Assembly (NCBI RefSeq): GCF_001194135.2
Contig: NC_068989.1
Span: 69,278,382-69,342,381, forward strand
Direction: 5' to 3'
Length of the DNA stretch: 64,000 bases
Source: Octopus bimaculoides
Taxonomy: Eukaryota
The position numbers were made by a program, and so were the translations under genes. The notes below the pieces were generated by a model. That model was given only the letters and a program-made list of their open reading frames with translations. It had not been told where the DNA came from and ran no database searches. Positions 51,039 through 64,000 of the stretch are shown one piece after another; position 1 is the stretch's first letter; each line of letters starts with the position of its first letter.

Positions 51039-53290
51039 GTAAGTAAAATTCTAATCATTTCTTCCTTGTTCTTTCACATTCGCTGTCTCCTCTAAAATAC
51101 ATGATATACATATATTCTCTGAATAATGATGATGATGAAAAGCAGTGTTGCTGGTGCCATGTAAAAAGCACTGGTGATAGTGTCACATAAAAAGCACCCG
51201 GTACACTTATAAATGCAGTTGGTATTAGGAAGTGCATCCAGCTGTAGAGACTAAGCCAAGACAGGCTATGGAACCTGGTGAGGCCCCTGGCTTTGCCACC
51301 TCTCACCAAGCTGTCCAAGTCATGCCAGCATGGAAAATGGACGTTAAATGATGATGATCAATAAATTATAATAATCCTTTCTATAATAGGCACAAGGCCT
51401 AAATTTGGGGGGAGGAGCTAGTCGATTATATCAACCCTAGCGTTTTACTAGATACTTATTTTATCAACCTTAAAAGGATGAAAGGCAAAGTTGACCTTGA
51501 TGGAATTTGAACTGAGAACATAAAGACATGAAATACACTAAGCATTTTGCCCAGCATGCTAATGATTCTGCCAGCTTAATAATATTATTTGAAACCATAA
51601 TAATGGTTTCAAATTTTGGTACAAGGCCAGCAAATTAGGGGAAAGAGTGAAGTTGACTACACCAACCCCAGTGCCCAACTGACACTTATTTTATCAACCC
51701 TGACAGAATTAAAGGCAAAGTCAACCTTGACAGAATTTGAACTAAGAGCATAAAGATGGACAAAATGCCACTATGCATTTTGTCTGGTGTGCTAATGATT
51801 CTGCCAGCATGCCACCTTATTCTTCTGTAAGATAGTGATAAATTGTTTAAATTTACATACACTTTAAAACAAGTCAGCTTTGTATTATAGAAGCAAGAGT
51901 AGTCGTTGAGAGATTGGTATTAAAAGTATTAAAGTATACACTCACAAACTGGTTTTCACTTCTTCAAGTCCTTAATCTTTTACTTTTGCAGTTCTTTATT
52001 TTATTCAGTGTTTTTGCCCATAGCTTTTATTTGAATATTAGCTGTAACAGGGAAATTTGATACAAGTTATGTATGAAATATATTTAGAACTTCATAGCTG
52101 AGTATTGTCTTGTGTATGATATAGAGTGTGACTAAAGATCATATAAGGAATCCAATTTCATCTTGAAAACCTTGTATGTACACATTTTCCCTTTTACTAT
52201 TTGTAAAACGTGTGTGCATACACAAGCACATATCTTACTGGAAACACTACTCACAATTCTATGGCTTGGTTTCAATAGCTGGATACCCTTTCTAACACCA
52301 ACTATTTTACAGAGTTGTAGGTACATTATTTTCATAGCACCAACATTAGAGAGGTTGTCATGTCTTTGACATGACAAAATAAAACCCCACATGTAACAGG
52401 GTGCACTGGGTACATATGGCACTAGCACAAGAGAGGATAGAGATGTTACTCTAATGGATAGAGAGAGCTGAATAACTGTGGCAGTGACTGCTGGATGTTG
52501 ATACCAAATAGCCAATGGAGAGGGAGTGTAGGCAATGTGTATGAAGTAACATGCATACTTGATGGGGTCCCTTATGCAGATTTCTCATGATGGATGAGAG
52601 AGAGCAAAGGTGATAAGGCTAAAAGAGGATGGAGGCAGTTGAAGTGTTAGTGAGAGGGTCAGATAGGTCCAATGGTGTCCCTTGTTACACTGGAAGCAAT
52701 GTTCAGTTAACAGAAGATATTTGTCACCATCCTTAATCAGACTGGCAGCACAGTACAGTCAGAATGAAAAGGGATGAAATTGACTGAGAGATAATAAAGG
52801 CATGGGTAATGTTAGTAGTATAAGTAAATATTAGTAAAGGGTTCTGTTATAAGAAGGATATATGATGGAGGGGCAAGTGTTAGGTGTATTAGATGAGCTG
52901 TCAGAGAGGCTAATGATGTAGACCTAGCAGTATGCATATATACATAAAATGATAATGGTGATATATGTATGTGCATATGCATGTAAACACTCACATACAA
53001 ATACACATGTTCATTTGCATATACTGTTGTAAAACGGTGTACTGAGTTGTGTCCCTTTCCATCAAAGGCAACTTAGCCATTCAACAAATAGAAATCAATA
53101 AAACAAGCAGCAAATTAAAAGGAGTACTGAAGCTGATATAATCATCTAAACCCTTGAAGGGATTATCCCAGCTTGACCAAAGCCCAATGACTGAAAAAAC
53201 GTAATAGAATAAAAGAATCAGTGAAGAATTTAGTTAACAAGTGACAGGAAGAGCTTTGTTGCGGTATACATCTGAATAGACTAAGTCAGT

Positions 53291-53396
53291 GTTCTTGCTT
53301 TGGTACTAAGTATACTAAAATTGGAATGATACAAAGATTAGCATGGCTCCTGCATAAGGATGACATGAAAATTTGTGAAGCGATCCATATTTTTTT
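53291..53396 (+). pseudogene. U6 snRNA pseudogene (near full length)
   Basis: gttcttgctttgg..tatactaaaattggaatgatacaaagattagcatggctcctgcataaggatgacatgaaaatttgtgaagcgatccatattttttt aligns end to end with U6. The ACAGAGA box has a 3-nt deletion and several CpG to TpG/CpA changes are present. Confidence 0.93.
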
Positions 53397-53551
53397 AGGT
53401 GCAGGCATGGCTCTGTGGTTAAGATGTCTACTTCCCAATTATGTGCTTTCAGGTTCAGTCCCTCTGCTTGGCACCTTGTCTTCTATTTTAGCCCCAAGCT
53501 GACCAAAGCCTTACGAGTGAAATTTGTAGACAGAAACTGTTAGCAGCCCAT

Positions 53552-53616
<65 letters not shown>

Positions 53617-53700
53617 ATGCACTAGCTTGTCCCTTTCCCCACAACTGCTTGACAACTGGTTTGGGTTTGCTTGTATCGCCATGTATACATTTGGCACACA
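53397..53700 (+). mobile_element. tRNA-derived SINE, family B with internal (TG)n (others at 37925-38290, 38310-38700, 12325-12480, and 24580-24950 and 50700-50895 on -)
   Basis: ggcatggctctgtggttaag..caggttcagtccc..caaagccttacgagtgaaatttgtagacagaaactg, then (TG)n. Confidence 0.85.
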
Positions 53701-53921
53701 CGTATGTGTGTGTATACAGTTTCCATTGATCAAATTTAACTCACTTGGAATGGGACCAGAAATTATGTTGTTATGAAGTGAATTTCGCAACCACACAGCT
53801 ATGGTTAAATTATACACGAGATTAATATCATTTTCATTTTTTTTTTTTTTTTTTAATCTGAAAGACTTCCTAAAATATAGACTGATTCATAAGAATACGC
53901 CTTTATGATTTATATTTCCAG

Positions 53922-54036
53922 TCGTTTGGTGAACTAGAATATGATGAAGTCACCGCTAACCGAATATACAGATTCCTGCACATAGCATGTAAAATGCCAC
54001 TTGCTGAAAGGAAAGATTACTGGAAAAGAATTATGG
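53922..54036 (+). CDS. LAMTOR4: LAMTOR4 coding exon 2 (SFGELEYDEVTANRIYRFLHIACKMPLAERKDYWKRIM + G)
   Basis: Acceptor tatatttccag|, donor |gtaaat; 115 nt, phase 0 to 1. Confidence 0.93.
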
Positions 54037-55799
54037 GTAAATATAACAGCTGTTTCTTACTATCTATCATTCTGTTTTTCTTTCTTTAAAAGAAACCTCG
54101 GCTGGTAACATGTAAAAGGCACTCAATATACTCTGTGGAGTGGTTTGCATTAGGAAGAGCATCTGACAATAGAAACCAAGTGAAAACAAACTGGAGTTGA
54201 TGCTGCTCTCTGGTTTACCATCTCCAGTCAAAACCGTCTAACCCATGCCAGAATGGAAAGCAGACATTCAGTGATGATGATGATACATGGCTTATTCAAA
54301 ATAGGAAAGGCTTCACTCCTGAATTTTTTCAGGATTCCTATGGCTAGTGGAAGGAAAAGAGAGAGGAATTTATTCTTGAATGTTCATAGCAGAGGTCACT
54401 TTACTAAAGACAGCCAAGGACCATGTCATCATCACTGTTTCATCATTGTTTTAATATCTGCTTTTCTATGTTTGCATGGGTCCAATGAAATTCATTGAGT
54501 CAGATTTTCCAGTGTCTTCTATAGCCTCAAGCTATATCATATCTGTCTTTTGTGGAGTGAACTCTGCTATGAACATTCAAGAATAAATTCCTCTTTTCTT
54601 TCCTTCCACCAGCCATAGAAATCCTGAAAGAAATTCAGGAGTGAAGTCTTTCTTGTTTTGAATAATCCATGTACCATCATCATCATCATCACCTTGCTTG
54701 CAAACAAGGTGAGAGTTGGCAACTGTAAGGGCATCTACCTCAATAAACTGGCCCATGCAAGCATAAAAAAGTGGGCCTTAAAACAATGATGATGATGAGG
54801 GAGGATGACACAAACACATACTTGTTGATTGTGGCTCACTTTCGAAATGAATGTCCTGCCTCTTTGCAAGGTACATAATCTGCTTAATCCAGTTTGGTTG
54901 ACTTATAAAAAAAAGCCTATTTCAGTCTTCAAAGTTGAGTGGGTAGCAACTGCAGTTATTCCAACGGAACTCTGCTGAGCCCATGCATGCATGAAAAAAA
55001 TACATTTATTGATTTTTTTTTATATTACATGTGAATGATGAAACACTGGTGTTTGTGCAATCTCTGCCTTTCAAATTACATGCTAGTGCTATGTATAATC
55101 TATGCCAATACCACATATAAAGCACCTGTGCTGGTACTACATGTAAAGCACCCAGTACACTCTGTAAAGTAGTTGGTGTTAGGAAGGGCATTCAGCCATA
55201 AGGACCATGCCAAATCAGACATGGAACCTGGCCAGCTCCTGTCAAACTGTCTGATCCATGCCAGCATGGGAAACAGATATTAAATGATGATGAAAGCATT
55301 AGCCAACCCAAAACAGTAGCAAAAGACAATTCCTCAAAGAGTTGAGCTTGAACACACAAACCATGAGGTTGTGAAACAAACATTTTAACCATGCAACCAT
55401 GCCTGTGTACTAACATGTGTATTTATTCTCAAGTTATTATCTGGATTTTTAATAATAGTGTAGATAAAACCTATTGGTGAACCAAATTAATTGACATTTC
55501 AGTTTCCATGTGTAACCATTTCATTTAACCTTTATCACTAATGTCCTTGACATAGTCATGAATGTAAAAAATTTCATTCCTCCTCATTTGTAAACATAAA
55601 TCTGAGTCTTTCTATAAGTGACACTTATTAACAGCTGGACTTTTTGGGTTCTTTTCTTCTTGCAATTGCTTGATCATAATTTTTCTTTTATTAGCTAATA
55701 TAAATGATATTGGATTTTAATTTAACTCACTTGGAATGGAACCAGAAACTTTGTGGTTATGAAGTGAATTTCGCAACCACACAGCTATGGTCAATATAC

Positions 55800-56790
55800 A
55801 CTCCTCCACTGCTAATTTGGTCAACTAAATAATGGAAACTGTCTACTACCTCTAACGATCTCCCTTGGCATTGGAGGAAATCTATTTCCTAAGTGTTCTT
55901 TATTATTCCTGCAGATCTGCCACATACACAAAGACTACTTTCTCTATTCACCTTTTTGTGATTTGACTGCATCTCTGTGTTCATAGCTTGCATTGGATAC
56001 ACTGTATGGAATTTCTATCTATGGTTTTTCTACATATCAAGCAGATCCATTTTTATCTGCTTTCCTGCTTACTAGTACTTTGGTCTTTGCTAAATTAACA
56101 GTAAGGGTCTTTGACTCTAGACCTTGCTTCCACATTTGAAATTTCTTCTCTTAATTCTACTATAGATTCAGCTGTAAGAACAAAGTTATCATCATAGAGA
56201 AGCTCTCACGAGCAACCAGTTTTAAATTCTTCTGTTATGGCCTGGAGAATTATGATAAACAAAATTGAGCTGAAAACAAACCTTGGTGGACTCCTACCTG
56301 CATGCTAAATTTACTGCTATACTTATTCCTGACGTTCACCTTACTGACAGCATCCCTGTATATGACTTGACAGCTCTCATCAGTCACTCATCTACCCCTA
56401 GTTTCTAAAGCAACCACCAGATGAGAGAGTGGGGGACCCTGTCAAAGGTTTTCTCCATATTGACAAATGCCAAGTACAGGGGTTTATTTTTGGCCAAATG
56501 CTTCTCCTGCAGTTGCCTCACCAGGAAGATAGCACCAAACCATCTCATCTATGCTAACTCTCTTCCTAATTAGTTGAGCTATGACTCTTTCTGTAACTTC
56601 CATGATCTAGGCCAACAATTTGATACCTCTGTGGTTACTTCTAGGGCATCTCCTTTACCTTTGTAGCAATTGACTTCAATGTTGCTACACCAGTCATTGG
56701 GTATGACCACAGCCTGGTCAAACTGATTAGCTATATGGGTGACTAGGCTGTATCTCACTCTGCCAGATATTTTAAGCTTCTCGTAAATAA
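55800..56790 (-). mobile_element. RTE reverse transcriptase fragment
   Basis: - strand remnants KALGPSG..IPNDW..CYKGKGDALE and KPLYLAFVNMEKTFDRVP. Confidence 0.8.
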
Positions 56791-57112
56791 TTCCTGATGG
56801 ACCAAGAGCTTTGGGCTTTTTCAGTTTCCTCCAATCAAATCTACTCACAAGGCCTAGAACTTTAAGAGAAGACACTTGCCCAATGTACCACACACACAAT
56901 AGGACTGAATCTAAAGTTGCATGGTTGGGAAGCAAGCTTCTTAACCATACAGTCATTCTTTTCACTGTTTATAAAGTAATACTGATGGTGGTTAATTATT
57001 AGGCAGTCACACTTAATACTTCGTAGTTATTATTTTTTTCTTTTTTTGAAACGTAAATAAAATTCCACTATTAAATGTTTCAAGTTTTACAAATTGTATT
57101 TTTATTTTACAG

Positions 57113-57207
57113 TGCTCTGGGAGGATTTCATGTATGTCATCACTGTATCGAATCGCAAAATCTATGTATGCAAACGGATTTATCAACCAGAGGCTGTGAA
57201 TGTTTGA
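57113..57207 (+). CDS. LAMTOR4: LAMTOR4 coding exon 3 ([V]LWEDFMYVITVSNRKIYVCKRIYQPEAVNV*)
   Basis: Acceptor tttttattttacag|; 95 nt ending in TGA at 57205-57207. Confidence 0.93.
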
Positions 57208-57243
57208 AGAAGTGGTACCTGTGTATAAACTACAGATTGTATA

Positions 57244-57249
57244 AATAAA
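57244..57249 (+). terminator. Candidate polyadenylation signal AATAAA of LAMTOR4
   Basis: First AATAAA after the stop codon, followed by a GT-rich stretch; common by chance in AT-rich DNA. Confidence 0.4.
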
Positions 57250-57819
57250 ATGTTATGTGGTAACTCGTTGTACAAAGCCAACGGACTTAAAGACAGAAAA
57301 ACAGCAACACAGACCCTCCTTTCTTTTTTCCTGTCTGGTCTTAAAAATCTTTTCCAAACTGACTGATTCCATGATTGATACATTTGAACATACCTATTAA
57401 GTTCACTTAAGATCACTGTTCCAATCAAATCCTTTCCCTCTAACTTAAATGAACAGGACAAGACGAAAAATATATTGCTCTCTCTACATCTGACTCTTCT
57501 TTCCGAGGCTGTTTTAGCCTTACTTTCTCTTTTAGACTGGATTTCTCTCTTACACACACTCACATCACTATTGAATATGAGTAAGTACGTGTATGTAGAA
57601 AAACAGGAAAAAAAAAAAAAAAGGATAGTAAAGCAGGAGCTTTATTTCCAGTTTATCTATGCATACACCTTACATATTTGTATTTAATAGGCACAAATAT
57701 ATTCTTTGAACTATCCTAAATTCTATTTGCTTTCATGTGCAGACTTTTATGAAGAGATATAATGAATACTGTTTCTCTGACGGTAACTGGAACTGAAATT
57801 ACTGTTAAAACTGTTTGAA

Positions 57820-57854
<35 letters not shown>

Positions 57855-59039
57855 TATACATAAATAAAAATGTGTGTGTGTGCAAAATATTAGTTATTAA
57901 TTTCTTTTTTTTAATTATGGAAATCTTCTTTAGGAGGTGGCCGCCAAGGAAGTACAGTCCAAGATTTGGTGCTTCACTAGGTGCAACTTGGTGTTACTTC
58001 AATTGACAACTCAGTTGGTGTTAAGCCTGGTTAAGAGAAATCAGTTTCAAAATTTCCTTTTATATTTGAGATTTTAATAGCTTTGAAATCATTTACTTTC
58101 TTTTGCAACAGTTTTCTAAGAATTAAAGACTTTTTGGTTTACACCTGACACGTATCTTTTTATCATGAACGAAATATACCTGCACCATGTAACTAAGATA
58201 TGATAGATAAACTCGGTGTATGCAATTAAAACATCATTAAATCAAAATAGCCATCTGTGTACCATACCTAATATATATACACTAGTAAAAGGCATAATGC
58301 TGTGATTTTCATTCAACAAAAAATTTTTTCATAGATATGTATTAAATATACATCAGAGCAAGACAAACTTTCTTGTAGTTGTGTCTCACGAGAGTTCTCA
58401 TGAGTTGCTGCTGTGATGTTTGCTTTACTCCAATATATGTTGTCTGCAAAGAGATTTCCTCACAGACGAAAACCACAGCATCATACCTTTCACTGATGTA
58501 TATATGTTACGTATCACAGTTGGTTATTTTATATAATTTTAAAGTTGGTTTTCAGTCAGACAAAAATTTTTAATGATATAAAACGACATGAAGTTGGAAT
58601 TATTTTCTTTAATTAGTAATAATAATATTTTTATATGGTTTATTTTCCTTAAGTAATTGACTTCTACTATTTAACTAAGTAACTTTATTAAAATATTTTC
58701 ATCTAAGTAAATCTAGGGTATGATTAGAAATTAACTCACCTTGATTACAATATTTCTTTTTACTTACATCATGTTATCTATTATTTTATTTTATACTTTG
58801 TTTTCTTCTTTGTCTTTTCCAGATTTTTTAATTTTTCTTTTTTGTTATATTGACTTTTCATAAGCTCAAAAGTAACTATGATGTGTTCAAAGAGACACAA
58901 AGAAGAAAAATATATAAAGAAATTCACCCAAATGTGTATGCTTCCTTCCTGAATAAGATTCTGAATAAGATCCCCTTGTCCTTCCTTACAAATCCAGCAA
59001 AATTATCATGGCTGATTATTTAATAAAGTATTTATAAAA

Positions 59040-59070
<31 letters not shown>

Positions 59071-59964
59071 TAAATATGAAATTGAAAAAATGATAAAGAA
59101 TCTTTCATAAAAAAATGTGCATTTGTCTTTTTATGTATAGAAACATCAATTCATCATCATATTTATGTTTCAATCATTTTTGTTTTAAATTGGTGCTTCT
59201 GAAGTAACATTATCATTATTAATGTCCACTTTTCTTTGAAGCATGTTTTCTACAACCATATCTTTCTTGTGTCCAACCGTCATGTGCTTTTAAGTATGGT
59301 AATATTTCCTTATGGCCAGTTTCTTACTAAAGACCTGGCCCAACCAAAGATTTGTGAGTGGATCTGGTAGACAGAAATTAAAAGAAGCCTTTTGTGTGTG
59401 TGTGTGTCTTGACACTACATGATATAAGTGAACATCATTCATTTCCTGTGTTTTGTAGAAAATGTCTGGTCATGGGGAAATATATTACTTGTTTGGAAAC
59501 CAGTAAGGGTTGGCAACAGGAAAAGTGGATGTTAAAAAATATGATATATGTATGTATATGTAAACCTACATAGTAATTCTACAAACATGTTATATTTAAC
59601 TATTTCTCTGTAGATTGAAAGAAATTAACAGCCTTCATCAATTTTTTAGCCTTATTGCAGTCGCATTAGAGGTGTCTACATCACTTGACCAATCTCAGAG
59701 AAATAAAGAGCCTATTTGTTTCTATACACAATAAATCCAGTAGTTTCAGGGAATTGGAGCTGCTAATTTTGCATATGGCAAGTCTTTATCACTCTATTTA
59801 ATATGATTGACTTGTCAGTGGGGATCCCAGTCCATACAGTATCAAAGTATGTTATAATTTACGTAAACCTACCAAATCCACTCACGATCTTCAGTCAACC
59901 CAGGGATATTGGAGACACTTCACCCAAGATGCTGTGTAATGAGCCTGAACCCATTTGAGTAAAA

Positions 59965-60260
59965 AGGGTAAAGACCCCCTTCGGTCATGAATGACTATGG
60001 GATTGCATCTAGAAAGTTACTCTCCAAGGCACAAGTCCTAGCAAGGTTGTTTATGGATGACCACCAGTCACTCATACATACCAGCCTCCCTTCTCTTCGT
60101 CACTGATGTTATCTAAGGGAAAGGCACCAGTGAACTGGAGCAACATGAAATAAAAGTGTTTTGCTCAAGAACAACACACAGCCTGGTCTGGGAATCGAAC
60201 TCACTACCTCATGATTGTGAGGAATCCAGCGCTCTTACCACTGAGCCATGTGCCTCTGGT
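59965..60260 (-). mobile_element. tRNA-derived SINE, third body type
   Basis: Reverse tRNA head (gggaatcgaactc..accactgagccatg) with body ggtaaagacccccttcggtcatgaatgac. Confidence 0.7.
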
Positions 60261-60959
60261 TGACTAACCAAGTTACATGGCTCTCAGATCATAAGTTATA
60301 AATCACAGGTTCAAATATTGACTTCGTATTGCATGATATGGCTCTCGCTCTTTTTATCAATAGGCATAATATGCATGTTATAGTTTTAAGTTGGTAAATG
60401 TTAAAAAGAAAAAAATAACTGTCAGGAATAAAGCATCTGTTACAAGAATTTCTGTAAATTTTCAGAATACTACATTCTCAGAGAATCAGTTACAGATGGT
60501 AGATTTACAGTTGAGAGGTTAACCGTTTGTATATTAATGTAGTGTTGCTCTGTAACTCTAGCTTTACTCTCAATTAGTACTCCTAACTGAAACTACTATG
60601 GATTACAGAAATGATCTCTGTGACGCAGCTGGGTTAGGAATGCACTTTAACTTAACGAAACACTTGTCAATTATAATTAATAAATAATTTACTCTTTAGC
60701 ATTTAAACTCGTTATATTTGGCTCAAATATTCTTGCTTTATGCATGAACAGGTCAGATCCAGCCTCTTATGACTACCCTACAGTGTCATTCTAAAGATAG
60801 ACAATTCTGTCATTGAATTTTCAAAGCTACAAGACAAAATATGATTAATTCAAAACAATTTGAATAAATAAACATTACATTTGACTGAATAATCCGAATG
60901 CTCAAAGGTTAAACAATTCTCTGTTTCTATAGCAACTGACTTCAGACTGTGGGCGAGAA

Positions 60960-61735
60960 GGATGCCAAGAAGCAAACCAGTCTGGAACAGAGAGATCTGG
61001 ATGCTTAAGGATCCTCTGAATAGAGATTTAGTAATGTTCTAATTGAAGCATTTGATGAGAAGGAGGTGGAAATATGATAAAGTGAACAACTGGAGGTTCC
61101 TACAGGACAACTTAATGAGGCTCCAGATGTGTGGCTGGTGCAAAGTCCCCTCTAGAGCTAAGGTGACATGGTGGTCGAACAGAAAAATAGACAAGGCCAT
61201 TAGAGTGAAGAAACGGAACTGGAAGAGTGATGGTAGTAAAGAACTATATCAGGAAGCTAGGAGACAGATATATTTAGCTAGGACAGAAAGGAAGATGTTT
61301 GCCAATGTTCTGTGGCATGAGGACAAGAGGGTTGAAATATTTTGGATTGCAAAACAGTGTGTCAGAGAAAATTAAGAAGGTTCACTTACAGTTAGTGATT
61401 TTGCAAAGAAAGAAGCTTGGAAGTGCCATGATGAAAGGTTGTTAAATGTAGAGAATGCATAGTAGGAGAGTCTGCCTAATGTGGACCCAACAGAGAGATC
61501 AGCTATCTGAATCAACAATAGGCTGATAGATAAAGCATAAAAGGCACCCATGCTGGTGCCACAAACAGTACCCAGTATACTCTGTAAAGAACATGATATT
61601 AGGAAAGACATCCAGCTGTAGAAACTTGGCCAAAATAGACGATTAGGGCCTAGTGTACCTCTGACTTGCCAGCTCCTATCAAGCCATGCAACACATGCCA
61701 GCATGGGAAACATGTTAAAAGATGATGATGATGAT
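60960..61735 (+). mobile_element. RTE ORF2 remnant plus 3' tail ending in (GAT)n
   Basis: WWSNRKIDKAIRVKKRNWK..EIFWIAKQCVREN followed by the shared tail. Confidence 0.65.
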
Positions 61736-62029
61736 TTACTATGGTAAGTATGGTGAAGTCTATATGTTTCACTGATGAGGTGACAATAAGACTAAATTAT
61801 GTCCAGAGTTACCTCCCATATTTGCTGGAATAATTAAAACAATACTCATTATGGAGCAATATTTTCTTTCTGTTTTTTTTTTTTTTTTTTTTGGCCTCAT
61901 TATATAGCTATTTCTAATGAAGCTGATTAGCAGAATCAGTAGTTTTGGATGGAATGCCTCACTCTTCTGGCTTTCTGTTGTCCGGAGTTCAAATTCTACT
62001 GATGTCAATTTTCCTTTTCATCCTGACCG

Positions 62030-62775
62030 TGTCATCACACATACACACACATAAAAAACCCCGCAAAATTTGCACGTAGATATATATGAGAGGATGCATA
62101 TGAATTAGGTGTATAGATGTGTATGCATGTACATGAGGATAAATGTATACATGCATACATACACGTACACACATATACATATGCACACACACGCATACAT
62201 ACACACACATGTACATATACACATACATGCATGAATATACAAGCTTCTATGCATATATACACACATATACATGGTAAGTAGACTAAGGTAAAGAATAAGT
62301 ACAGAATAAAATAAATATAAACATAAGATGAAGAATGAATATAAAGTAAAAGCAGCCCTTGTTTTCTTCTTGTTACATGTACATATACACATGCACACAT
62401 ACTTATATACATACATATATATGTACATACACTCATGTAAACACATGTTTATATACACATCCACACACATATTTACGTACACACATGTGAGTGCAATATC
62501 AGACAGTTGTAAATACATGTATTTTGGTGTGTTGTAGGCATGGTGGGGAGCAGTGTTTTACACCATAGAGTATGCATGCCTATACACACTCTTGTATGTA
62601 TTTAAAAGCACAGATGTATATGCATACATATATGGACAGTCATAAATACATAAATATATACACACACATTTGAGCATATATACACATGCATAGATGTAAG
62701 CAAATTCACCCACACATGAACATACAAGCATATATACATAAATGTGCATATATATATACACACATATGTATAGTG
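62030..62775. repeat. Compound degenerate (CA/TA)n low-complexity tract
   Basis: Mixed atac/acac/atat repeats that explain several spurious ORFs. Confidence 0.9.
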
Positions 62776-63111
62776 TTAGGAAATTATAAATTATTATGTG
62801 AAGTAAACAGGAAAACAGTTTTCATGCTGCACTGTAAGGGTGAAGTCCATTGTTAAAATAGGGGATGCTATAGTTATTAGCCAAAACTGAAACTATGACA
62901 AATTGGCTACACCCTGGCAAACTTTATAAATAGAGATAATTTTACCCCCCAGTTTTGTGACAGTTTTATTCAATTGGATTCTGGAGGCTGCGATTGCTTG
63001 TTTGGTTCGTGCACTTTGTGCTTTGTATTGGGCATTTGTGGAATTGTTTATGCTCCAGGAATTCACCAGAACTTTTGTCAAATGTAAGATAATTTCTGTG
63101 TCACATCTGGG

Positions 63112-63325
63112 TCCAAGGCTTCTACATTCCAAGGTTCAACATCCAAGGTTTCCACATTCCAAGGTTCGAAACCCAAGGTTGAACAATGAATTAAAAGACA
63201 GATTTTTATGACATTTCAAGGTTGAACACCAAATTGATAGACAAATTTTATGACATTCCAAGGTTCGAAAACCAGGGTTGAACACCGAATTGATGGGCAG
63301 ATTTTATGAAGTCAAGGTTCGAAAT
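63112..63325. repeat. Nested CAAGGTT-based tandem repeats
   Basis: About 9 caaggtt/cagggtt cores, in short units and ~40-55-bp higher-order units (gttgaacacc.aattgat..cagattttatga). Confidence 0.8.
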
Positions 63326-64000
63326 CCACTGTCAAAATCCGAAATTCGAAAACCGAATTTGTACAAAAATGGAAATCCGGATTTTATGAAATCCAAAATT
63401 TTTGGAATGCTATTTTTGAAAAACCAAATTTGTGTGGGGCCAATTTTGGGGAAACCAAAAACCAGGATATGGAGTCCGAACTTCTGAACTATGTATAAAT
63501 GTTACCCTTGTAACTTTTGACTGCACGTCTGGTGTAGCATTTGCTGTTTGTTTATGTAAATATTTGTTTGTATGTAAGCTGTTTTATGCTGACTGTTAAT
63601 AATATTTTACAAAAAATTCATGGTGTGGTGTTGTTTTAAATTCATTCTATCCACGTTGATTCTGTGAATTCAAGTTATGGCCACTAGGTCGTAACAATAT
63701 GTAGACTTGTGTTGGCATACACACTCACACACACACACACACAGGTGTCTCTGTGGTAATTTGACCTACTACAAATAGCAGCCAAATCTCTCTTAGAGCA
63801 CACATTTTCATCAAAAGAAAGACACAGATTTACAGTATTTCAGGAAGAAAAAAAAAATTATGTGATGGGTCTGCTACATCAGAGGTAATTCTGGGCTAAA
63901 CAAGACACAGACAAACATACTTAACACAAAAAGATTATCTACTAAATAATACTAATAAAGTTGATGGTATATCCTTGAAGTTTCATTCCCTGGTAAAATT

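Larger units (their letters stand above)
50961..57207 (+). other. LAMTOR4: LAMTOR4 coding span (Ragulator complex subunit, 95 aa, 3 coding exons)
   Basis: Spliced product MAALNMDKIPGSVGYQILNEEGAILSSFGELEYDEVTANRIYRFLHIACKMPLAERKDYWKRIMVLWEDFMYVITVSNRKIYVCKRIYQPEAVNV. Collinear with human LAMTOR4 as recalled ([56 protein letters not shown]). Confidence 0.93.

Noticed and set aside
50694-51095. 133-aa + strand ORF as a LAMTOR4 N-terminal extension
   Set aside because: The upstream part is reversed SINE sequence and the downstream part runs through the gtaagt donor; only 50961-51038 is homologous.
53291-53396. Functional U6 snRNA gene
   Set aside because: The essential ACAGAGA box is deleted, the 5' stem is disrupted, CpGs have decayed, and no upstream PSE/TATA promoter is evident.
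61989-62761. Several long ORFs rich in C/V/Y/M/H/T (also 44850-45159 and 53488-53817)
   Set aside because: These are translations of dinucleotide microsatellites.

Overview
AT-rich animal genomic DNA, dense in microsatellites and repeats. The SINE and RTE families look like those of octopuses, so an octopod cephalopod is inferred but not proven. Two spliced genes lie head-to-head. UVRAG is on the - strand: 7 coding exons from 43624 down to 1944 encode the N-terminal C2-domain region, and the gene continues past the left edge. LAMTOR4 (Ragulator subunit) is on the + strand: 3 coding exons from 50961 to 57207 give a complete 95-aa protein. About 2 kb of CpG-retaining promoter DNA with a CLEAR/E-box-like site separates them. 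UVRAG intron 4 is a U12-type (minor spliceosome) intron with U2-type sites nested inside. The introns hold decayed Tc1/mariner elements, hAT- and piggyBac-type MITEs, RTE and other LINE fragments, dozens of tRNA-derived SINEs, a U6 snRNA pseudogene abutting a SINE, and a ~440-bp inverted duplication. Almost all entries in the ORF track are spurious. All homology calls come from remembered family sequences, not database searches. Repeat boundaries are approximate, and only representative SINE/LINE copies are listed.
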